Positions 8,587 to 14,546 of a stretch of DNA of 64,000 bases are shown piece after piece. The translations under genes and the position numbers were made by a program. Position 1 is the stretch's first letter; each line of letters starts with the position of its first letter. The stretch comes from a virus. A model generated the notes under the pieces. It did not search any database, was not told where the DNA came from, and was given only the letters and a program-made list of their open reading frames with translations. The DNA lies in the IMG/VR virus record IMGVR_UViG_3300001200_000001, positions 1-64,000 of that record. One strand, written 5' to 3'.

Positions 8587-9388
8587 TGATAACTTCTTTC
8601 TTTGCTAACCCAAGGACTGCTTTGTTGTAATCAGTACCTTGTGTGTTGATGTGATAGCCTGATGCATAGCACCGGCCGCGACGATCATACCGGTGAGTCA
8701 TGTAAATTTTGTCTGTGATTTCTGACAAACCTTCCATGATCTCGAGGGATGAACCAAAGAATACAGTTGCCTGGCGAACACGTTTCCGGTGGTCATCAAA
8801 GCTTTCTTCTGGTTTTCGTTTAGGTTGTTTGAACTTTCCTTCTGCAGATGTGATTGTTTTGAAGTTGAGCTCGAGGGCGACAGAGTTTGCCCGGTTCAAA
8901 TGATCCAAGCACATGTCTTTGTCTTTAAAGTATGGAGATCCATTCAACACGACAGAGTTTTTGATTGTCTCGTAGCCGGTTTCATTGTTTCGAGCTACTT
9001 TGTTAGGCTCTGTAATCATTGGCAGAGGATATTGATACCGTTCCAGCATCTGTACAACGTCGTCTGACACTTCATATTTGACGATGAATTTTCCAGTCAT
9101 TTCGTTGTAATCGATAAGATCGAATTCAGCTGCCATGACTAATTTATCTGCAACTTCCTGAGGAGTTCCATGCTTTGGTGAGAGGATACCAACCATTGTG
9201 ACAACGTCAGCTTGGCGATGCAGATAGATCTGTGAGAGCATATCTTTATGCATCTCAAAGTCATCACCGGCCATATCATTATCAGTCAGGAATTCACCAA
9301 ACTGTTCACGAAGAACTGGTAGTAATTGGTATTTTGAGTAGAGAGTTTCGAGGTCAGTTTGTTGATCTTTGGTTGGAAGTTTGATCAT
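8579..9388 (-). CDS. T7-like RNA polymerase II, small subunit (N4 gp15-like)
   Basis: The track ORF starts at TTG 9400; ATG 9388 has a GGAG SD. C-terminal RYDRRGRCYASGYHINTQGTDYNKA matches the T7-RNAP D-x-RGR-x-Y ... QG-x-D motif. Confidence 0.75.
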   Translation of the reverse strand: MIKLPTKDQQTDLETLYSKYQLLPVLREQFGEFLTDNDMAGDDFEMHKDMLSQIYLHRQADVVTMVGILSPKHGTPQEVADKLVMAAEFDLIDYNEMTGKFIVKYEVSDDVVQMLERYQYPLPMITEPNKVARNNETGYETIKNSVVLNGSPYFKDKDMCLDHLNRANSVALELNFKTITSAEGKFKQPKRKPEESFDDHRKRVRQATVFFGSSLEIMEGLSEITDKIYMTHRYDRRGRCYASGYHINTQGTDYNKAVLGLAKKEVING

Positions 9389-9390
9389 GA

Positions 9391-9543
9391 TTATCTCCAA
9401 AATGTTATGACAAGAGGACCAATGAATATTTTGAATTCAATAGTTTCATTACGAAAATCTGGAATACGGTGGTATCCTATAGCCCAAATAGTCCAGTAGG
9501 TTTTGTACATTCGTTTCATGGATTTTAGTTTCTTGAAAGACAT
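9391..9543 (-). CDS. hypothetical small hydrophobic protein (50 aa)
   Basis: Manual translation gives MSFKKLKSMKRMYKTYWTIWAIGYHRIPDFRNETIEFKIFIGPLVITFWR. It is tightly packed between the neighbouring genes. Confidence 0.35.
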   Translation of the reverse strand: MSFKKLKSMKRMYKTYWTIWAIGYHRIPDFRNETIEFKIFIGPLVITFWR

Positions 9544-9544
9544 A

Positions 9545-9844
9545 CTATTCTCCATATTTTTCTTCTAATCGAGCAACTCGCTCTTTTAGAAGTTCCAATT
9601 CAGACTCTGGTTCTTTGATTTTTTCCAAAGCCAGCATCGAATGTTGACCGACACAAAGTGAGTAGACTGTAAACAGACCATCCAGCTTGATAATCTGACC
9701 AAGCATATCACTTCCTGAATTGGGACGTCGGTTGACTACCATGCCTGAATTCAAAATGGCGATTCGTGTTTTGGTAGGATATTTTTTACGGAACAGCGTC
9801 AAAAATTTCTCTTTTTGAGTTGTATTTGGTATGAATTCTTGCAT
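9545..9844 (-). CDS. hypothetical protein (early-region)
   Basis: The track ORF extends to 9925, but ATG 9844 is preceded by a CAGGAG SD. C-terminal coiled-coil-like ELELLKERVARLEEKYGE. Confidence 0.6.
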   Translation of the reverse strand: MQEFIPNTTQKEKFLTLFRKKYPTKTRIAILNSGMVVNRRPNSGSDMLGQIIKLDGLFTVYSLCVGQHSMLALEKIKEPESELELLKERVARLEEKYGE

Positions 9845-9900
9845 GATTAAACTCCTGTTTTGAGGAAGATGTAGCAACGGAGTAACCGTGCTTTGAGAGG

Positions 9901-9913
9901 GTACAAAGTGTAC
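9901..9913 (-). promoter_or_regulatory. triloop hairpin GTACA-AAG-TGTAC (candidate vRNAP-type promoter hairpin)
   Basis: Perfect 5-bp stem with a 3-nt purine loop on the template (+) strand. The loop centre is 63 nt upstream of ATG 9844. Confidence 0.2.
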
Positions 9914-10245
9914 ATGAGAGGCCAAGATGCACCGTTTTCATACATAGTTTTGACACGTTTAAACATGAGATCAGTCTCCAGTCTGGTTTCAGCGAAAAGT
10001 TGAATGATCTGGAACTTTTAGGTTCCAGTGTGGTAACTTTGTAATTCAAGGGAGTTGTTGCCCGATAAGGGCAATCCAAGACGCGCGAAGAGCGGCCGAA
10101 TAAGATTAGAATATGTCAATCTATCCAGTTAAAAAAGTTGAACTGAATTAGAACTTTTAATCTATTTGTTTTTAGAATTTGAAACCCCCACACACCATCC
10201 ATTAGGACAGTGCATGAGGGCTTCTGGGAGGAACTTTAGAGTTGA

Positions 10246-10623
10246 TTAGCTGAACAGACCAAGTGTAGCTGTACCTTCAGAGGCAGCAGACGGATCAACT
10301 TCTTCGTTGCGGCGATATACCTGAACGCCAAGCGCATCAGTAGACAGAGATTCGCCTTCACCGAGACCAAGAGCAGCTTGCTGGATTTCAGCCAACATCT
10401 GGTTTTCGATCTTAACTTGTGCGGCGAATTCCGGCGACATGTTAGGATAGATTTTCTTTGGTTTCAGATCGCCAACAGCGATACCACGAGACAAGCGGAT
10501 GAACTGTTCGTTACCGTCTTCGTCTTTGACGGTGACACCAACATTGATCCACATACCATCGAATTCAGATGGTTCGCGCTCAGTTTTTGCATTGGAAGTT
10601 GAAGGCTTAGAGATAATAGACAT
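10246..10623 (-). CDS. hypothetical early protein
   Basis: 125-aa ORF with a clean coding look; ends in ...TATLGLFS. Confidence 0.65.
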   Translation of the reverse strand: MSIISKPSTSNAKTEREPSEFDGMWINVGVTVKDEDGNEQFIRLSRGIAVGDLKPKKIYPNMSPEFAAQVKIENQMLAEIQQAALGLGEGESLSTDALGVQVYRRNEEVDPSAASEGTATLGLFS

Positions 10624-10673
10624 GTTGTGATCCTTTCATGAGATTCACGGTTTCAGAAGGGAGTATTCCCAAG

Positions 10674-10688
10674 AGCTGCGAAGCAGCT
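10674..10688 (-). promoter_or_regulatory. triloop hairpin AGCTGC-GAA-GCAGCT (candidate vRNAP-type early promoter)
   Basis: Perfect GC-rich 6-bp stem with a GAA triloop on the template (+) strand. The loop centre is 58 nt upstream of ATG 10623, and no U-tract follows on the minus strand. Confidence 0.3.
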
Positions 10689-10743
10689 TGCCAGCAACCC
10701 ACACCGAACCCTCAGAAAGAGAACTCGGTGAAGATAGTTTAAG

Positions 10744-10941
10744 TTAAATTAGTGATTTCAGTCGGTTAAGTTGATCTTTGTACGATGAGATTTCAGCTTC
10801 GAAAGCTTTAACTTGATCGAACTCAGCATCAATCATACCGATTGTGATTTCCATTGGATTTTGGAAGAGGGAACCTAAGTTTTCATTAATTGATCGAGCA
10901 CGCTCGAATAGTTGTTGACGGTCTGAATCAGACAGTTTCAT
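10744..10941 (-). CDS. hypothetical small protein
   Basis: 65-aa ORF with an AAAGGAA SD upstream. Confidence 0.6.
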   Translation of the reverse strand: MKLSDSDRQQLFERARSINENLGSLFQNPMEITIGMIDAEFDQVKAFEAEISSYKDQLNRLKSLI

Positions 10942-11123
10942 GATGATGTTCCTTTCTGGAAACAGTACATTTGTTTTGCGTAATCAAAGACATAGGTGAA
11001 GATTGACTCACTTTGGATGATTACATTTTCGGGAGTAGATACCAGCACCCCATCTCTGTGATTTTAATGAAGGCTGCCAGATCATCTGAAGTTAGGCAAA
11101 GTAAATATTCCATTGGTTGATCC

Positions 11124-11492
11124 TTAGATTAGCGTGACATCTAGTTTTTCAATTAAAGTTGAAGTTGTATAATCAAAGATTACTTGTGTATCGCCAACTG
11201 CAACATGCGGAACTTCTAATACAGCTACATAAAATCCTTCGTCTTTTAAAAGCTTTTTAATTTTAGAAGTATAGACCCATCTTTTGAGTTGAGAGATCGA
11301 TCTAAATCCAAATTGAAGTCCGTGATAATCTTGATCATATATTCCAAGATCTGATTCGAGAGATTCCATTAAAGCATCGTCATTGTAAGGCATTGGATGT
11401 TTGGACGCTGTGTCATCTAGCAATGTATTAGCTGAATATCCTCCGCAATACATTCCAAGATTTTCTTCGTTTTGTATGCGAAACACTTTCAT
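11124..11492 (-). CDS. hypothetical protein
   Basis: 122-aa ORF whose start overlaps the upstream stop (ATGA-type coupling at 11489-11492). Confidence 0.65.
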   Translation of the reverse strand: MKVFRIQNEENLGMYCGGYSANTLLDDTASKHPMPYNDDALMESLESDLGIYDQDYHGLQFGFRSISQLKRWVYTSKIKKLLKDEGFYVAVLEVPHVAVGDTQVIFDYTTSTLIEKLDVTLI

Positions 11493-11710
11493 GATCTACG
11501 ACTCCATTCGTGTTGATATTTCTCCGGCATATTTTCACAGTTGTGATCCGGATTAGGTGAGACAACTTCCACACAATAGTTGTTTGGATAGTTGAAGTAG
11601 ACAACTGGAGTTGATTTCCAGTTGATTATGATTAGTAGTCCTGCAAGCATACCAAGGATGGTGAGAATGCAGTTAGTGATGAAGATTTTCTTCTGTTCAG
11701 GGTTAAGCAT
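11489..11710 (-). CDS. hypothetical membrane protein
   Basis: 73 aa with one clear TM segment (IFITNCILTILGMLAGLLIII); AGGAG SD upstream. Confidence 0.6.
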   Translation of the reverse strand: MLNPEQKKIFITNCILTILGMLAGLLIIINWKSTPVVYFNYPNNYCVEVVSPNPDHNCENMPEKYQHEWSRRS

Positions 11711-11811
11711 AGGAGCTCTCCTAAGTTGGTTTGAGAGTTGATGGGTATGTTGGGAAGTAGACAGTAGAGGAAGGCTCTGAGAAGGACTGTGAGAACTTTC
11801 GTCTATCTATC

Positions 11812-11850
11812 TAATAAAAGGCTCAGACTACCAGATTTCTCTGATAGCCT
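11812..11850 (-). terminator. intrinsic terminator
   Basis: On the minus strand, AGGCUAUCAGA-GAAA-UCUGGUAGUCU forms an 11-bp stem (with G-U pairs) and a GNRA loop. GAGCCUUUUAUU follows it. Confidence 0.6.
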
Positions 11851-11856
11851 AAGTTG

Positions 11857-12111
11857 TTAGTTCCACTCTTTTTCGAGTTCGTCATAGAGTGCTTTTAGTT
11901 CTTCGTCTGCATCCAGTTCTTTCTTGTGAACTTGGAGGGTTTTAGCTGTTGATACAATTACAGCTTGTTTGTCAGTTAGCTTCTGAGAGTGAGCACGATT
12001 GTGTACATATTCAGTTGCCATGCCAACGGTTTCTTGTGCTGTATTAGCTACTGCACCGACAGTGTCGAAGGTAGTGATGAGTGCATTGGATAGTGAGCGT
12101 AGTACGGACAT
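11857..12111 (-). CDS. hypothetical protein (first ORF after the 675-bp non-coding region)
   Basis: 84-aa ORF with an AGGAG SD (ttaggagactatcATG). Confidence 0.65.
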   Translation of the reverse strand: MSVLRSLSNALITTFDTVGAVANTAQETVGMATEYVHNRAHSQKLTDKQAVIVSTAKTLQVHKKELDADEELKALYDELEKEWN

Positions 12112-12323
12112 GATAGTCTCCTAAGGTTAGATTGATCCGATAGGAGCGAAGCGACTGGGTCGTGTACCTGTGTAAATATGGGGGTAGGTTAAACCCTATA
12201 ATATAAAGGGTAGGGGGTACTGATTGAGGGGTGTACCCCAGAGTGTAAAACAACCTGCATCTGTCGTTACATGAAACAAAATCTCTATAAAAATTTTGAA
12301 AATTCCAGGCTATCTAAAAAATT

Positions 12324-12337
12324 AATCCCTGGATTGT
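12324..12337. repeat. near-palindromic motif AATCCCTGGATTGT, copy 1
   Basis: TCCCTGGATTGT occurs identically at 12326-12337 and 12499-12510. Its core is the inverted repeat AATCC-CT-GGATT. Confidence 0.4.
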
Positions 12338-12498
12338 TGAGCGTGAATACGGTTTCTTCGAGTGAGAAAATACCGCAGCAGACAAGCGACAAGACGTGCC
12401 GAAGGCTAAGTCTTGGAGTGAAGGCTGTGGAGATATTTTAGAAGGAGAAGGAAGCGGATTTATGCGAACACATAATATCAATTCTATCTTTACCTCAC

Positions 12499-12510
12499 TC
12501 CCTGGATTGT
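12499..12510. repeat. motif TCCCTGGATTGT, copy 2
   Basis: Exact 12-nt repeat of 12326-12337, 173 bp away. The triloop hairpin ATTTC-CTC-GAAAT (12519-12531) follows it. Confidence 0.4.
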
Positions 12511-12786
12511 CGAAGATTATTTCCTCGAAATGATCTGAGCTTTGGTGAGGGTTTTTGCGGAGCCATTGGGTTTGTTTACAAACGGATCTGTAGCAAGCTT
12601 GGCCCCTGGTCCCCGGCGAGGACTGCGTAGCTAGTACGATTTTGAGGATGGGCTTGTCAAGTTTTCAAAACGATACGTTTGTTCTAAGATCAGACAGGAT
12701 ATTAGAAGATTATTCTACTGTGGATATGGGAAATAGAATGATATCCCACTGCAGCATCTAATTTTAGAATATCTGACTTATTTTCA

Positions 12787-12981
12787 TTATTTACTGGAAC
12801 CTCCAGTAAAAACTGGAACCGCAATATACTCTTGTCCTCGTTTAAATGAATAATCTAAGTTCAAGATATTTTTGCGAAGCAGTTCAAGATCATATACACG
12901 AAAACCCGTATCGATTAAGACCCCTTGAGGTCCAACATTGAAAACAGCGTGTAGTATATTAGATTCAGAAAGTGTTGACAT
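12787..12981 (-). CDS. hypothetical small protein
   Basis: 64-aa ORF with an AAAGGA SD 8 nt upstream. It is divergent from tRNA-Met, 28 nt away. Confidence 0.5.
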   Translation of the reverse strand: MSTLSESNILHAVFNVGPQGVLIDTGFRVYDLELLRKNILNLDYSFKRGQEYIAVPVFTGGSSK

Positions 12982-13009
12982 GAGTCATATCCTTTGAGTA
13001 TAGGTTTTA

Positions 13010-13087
13010 AGCGGGATGGAGAAGTCTGGTCAACTCGTCTGGTTCATATTCAGAAGATCGTGGGTTCAAATCCCACTCTCGCAACCA
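13010..13087 (+). tRNA. tRNA with CAU anticodon (Met, initiator-like or Ile2)
   Basis: Hand fold: acceptor AGCGGGA/TCTCGCA with an A1-A72 mismatch; D stem GAG/CTC; anticodon stem TCTGG/TCAGA; loop TTCATAT; T arm GTGGG-TTCAAAT-CCCAC; encoded ACCA. Confidence 0.7.
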
Positions 13088-13163
13088 AAGGATTTGAGAT
13101 GCTATCTACTCTCACAATAATTGTTATTATCTGGCTTTGCTGGAAGTGGTCCAAAACCATTTA

Positions 13164-13239
13164 GCCGTTATAGCTCAACAGGTAGAGCGCCTCACTTGTA
13201 ATGAGGATGTCCGGGGTTCAATCCCTCGTGGCGGCACCA
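13164..13239 (+). tRNA. tRNA-Thr(UGU)
   Basis: Canonical 76-nt cloverleaf: GCCGTTA/TGGCGGC acceptor, TAGCTCAACAGGTAGAGC D arm, anticodon loop CTTGTAA, T arm CGGGG-TTCAATC-CCTCG, encoded CCA. Confidence 0.9.
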
Positions 13240-13244
13240 CTTCA

Positions 13245-13454
13245 TTAATGGATTGTTGGGTGATCGTAGTCTTCTACTGGAATGGTAAATTTATTGTCAT
13301 GTAGGTGAGGACAAGGCCCAACCACATAAACACCAAAACCTTCCTCCATCACTTGGCGTGATGGAACAATGATATCATCACCAAATAATGCGTATTTGTG
13401 TTCTGCATTGATAAACATAAGAACGTTTGGGGCTGTGTGAGGTTTCTTTGGCAT
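13245..13454 (-). CDS. hypothetical small protein
   Basis: 69-aa ORF with an AAGGAA SD 7 nt upstream. It converges on the tRNA-Thr 3' end, 5 nt away. Confidence 0.55.
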   Translation of the reverse strand: MPKKPHTAPNVLMFINAEHKYALFGDDIIVPSRQVMEEGFGVYVVGPCPHLHDNKFTIPVEDYDHPTIH

Positions 13455-13567
13455 TTTATGTTCCTTACTGTTGACTATGAAAGTTGTACTCGATAAGAAG
13501 CCTGCATGGAACAGTTTATCTCATCATCTTGGCTCAGCCTCAGTTATCTATCCTTATCGTAAGATAA

Positions 13568-13653
13568 GGGGAGGCTCTCCTATTGGTGAAGGTCGGAGAC
13601 TGTAAATCTCTCGGATAATTCCTGTTTTGGTTCGAATCCAAATCTCCCCACCA
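13568..13653 (+). tRNA. tRNA-Tyr(GUA), class II (long variable arm)
   Basis: Acceptor GGGGAGG/TCTCCCC; anticodon stem GGAGA/TCTCT; loop CTGTAAA; T arm TTTGG-TTCGAAT-CCAAA; encoded ACCA. The D-stem pairing is irregular. Confidence 0.75.
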
Positions 13654-13678
13654 TCATAATACCTGAAATCATATTCGT

Positions 13679-13761
13679 GCGGATGTGGTGGAATTGGTAG
13701 ACACTTCGGTTTTAGAAACCGGTGCTTCGGCGTGAGAGTTCGAGTCTCTTCATCCGTACCA
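13679..13761 (+). tRNA. tRNA-Leu(UAG), class II
   Basis: GCGGATG/CATCCGT acceptor (G1-U72); Leu-typical D arm GTGGAATTGGTAGACAC; anticodon stem TCGGT/ACCGG; loop TTTAGAA; T arm GAGAG-TTCGAGT-CTCTT; encoded CCA. Confidence 0.85.
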
Positions 13762-13799
13762 ATATGATTTCATAAAAACCAAAAAAGAAAGGTCAACAT

Positions 13800-13874
13800 G
13801 CCGGTATAGTTCAATGCGTAGAATAGTGGCTTCCAAACCCAAAGATCTGAGTTCGATTCTTAGTGCCGGTGCCA
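13800..13874 (+). tRNA. tRNA-Trp(CCA), non-canonical anticodon stem
   Basis: Acceptor GCCGGTA/TGCCGGT; T arm CTGAG-TTCGATT-CTTAG; anticodon loop TTCCAAA; encoded GCCA. Only 3 of 5 anticodon-stem pairs form (G27-A43 and C31-C39 mismatch). The D loop AATGCGTA lacks a contiguous GG. Confidence 0.55.
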
Positions 13875-13884
13875 ATTTAAATAT

Positions 13885-13972
13885 GGAAGATAATGCAGGG
13901 ATGGTCTCTGTCGCTGATTGCTAATCAGAGGGAACCGCAAGGTTTGGGGATCGTTACCTCTTTCTTCCGCCA
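13885..13972 (+). tRNA. tRNA-like sequence, possibly class II tRNA-Ser(GCU); doubtful
   Basis: Acceptor GGAAGA/TCTTCC (6 bp) with encoded GCCA; anticodon-like stem CTGA/TCAG with loop TTGCTAA. The T loop is ATCGTTA (A54/T58 swapped) and the D-arm register is unclear. Confidence 0.3.
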
Positions 13973-13979
13973 CCGATAC

Positions 13980-14064
13980 GGAGGGTGGTGCTCATGGGAG
14001 CAAGCTGTTTTGAATGCAGTCGCTGACCGAGAGGTTAAGGGTTCGATTCCTTCACCATCCGCCA
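13980..14064 (+). tRNA. tRNA-Ser(UGA), class II
   Basis: Acceptor GGAGGGT/ACCATCC (one G-A mismatch); D stem TGCT/AGCA; anticodon stem GCTGT/GCAGT; loop TTTGAAT; variable arm TCG-ctgac-CGA; T loop TTCGATT; encoded GCCA. Confidence 0.6.
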
Positions 14065-14195
14065 AATCAGTAAAGTTACTGGTTTACTAGTTGAAATCTG
14101 GGACCAACACCACAACTCTAGGCTGGGAATAGCTGCTGAACCGATACACAGAAATTCGCCTCCATACGGCGACTCTTATGGTGATCCAGGTTATT

Positions 14196-14271
14196 TGGAT
14201 GGTGCAGTAGGATTCGAACCTACGACTTCCGCAGTCCAAGTGCGGCACTCTTCCAACTGAGCTATACCCTG
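14196..14271 (-). tRNA. tRNA-Pro(UGG)-like; canonical arms but unpaired acceptor stem (possible pseudo-tRNA)
   Basis: Minus strand, 76 nt: D arm TAGCTCAGTTGGAAGAGT; anticodon arm CCGCA-CTTGGAC-TGCGG; T arm GTAGG-TTCGAAT-CCTAC; 3' TGCACCA-T-CCA. The 5' strand CAGGGTA pairs at only 4 of 7 positions. Confidence 0.5.
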
Positions 14272-14504
14272 ATCGAATTATTGGCTGGGAAACATGCTTT
14301 CACTTAGATCACCGGCCCGGCTTTATTGCCTATGGTGATTACCAAATTTTGAGAATTGAGGTATGCCTTCTAACATCATCTACTCAATCCCATAAGGATA
14401 AGCACGATTACTCATCCAGTTACGCTGGTTGATTGAATCGCGGATTATGTTGAATAATGTAAGTCATGAGAATCCTTATAAGGATATCTCAAAATTAAGT
14501 CAAC

Positions 14505-14537
14505 AAAAACCCGGATAAAATTAATTACCCGGGTTTT
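14505..14537. terminator. hairpin terminator downstream of the tail spike gene (possibly bidirectional)
   Basis: AAAAACCCGG ... CCCGGGTTTT stem. On the minus strand it is followed by TTTTTGTTG, directly after the tail spike stop at 14547. It also faces the plus-strand tRNA cluster. Confidence 0.65.
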
Positions 14538-14546
14538 GTGATTAAT

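Noticed and set aside
12185-12210. TATAAT box at 12197-12202 as a sigma-70 promoter.
   Set aside because: There is no acceptable -35 element at 16-18 bp on the plus strand. The plus strand also leads away from the adjacent gene. On the minus strand only weak TATATT/TATTAT words occur, without a -35.
12044-12253. 69-aa ORF overlapping the start of 11857..12111 and the G-rich repeats. Similarly, ORF 9786..10079 in the 9845-10245 spacer.
   Set aside because: They have no SD and an odd composition, and they overlap a better gene or a hairpin-rich non-coding region.
14196-14271. The tRNA-Pro-like gene as a phage attachment site (attP) of a temperate element.
   Set aside because: No integrase, excisionase or repressor is visible, and N4-like phages are lytic. 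A complete tRNA-sized unit is present rather than only a 3' tRNA fragment.
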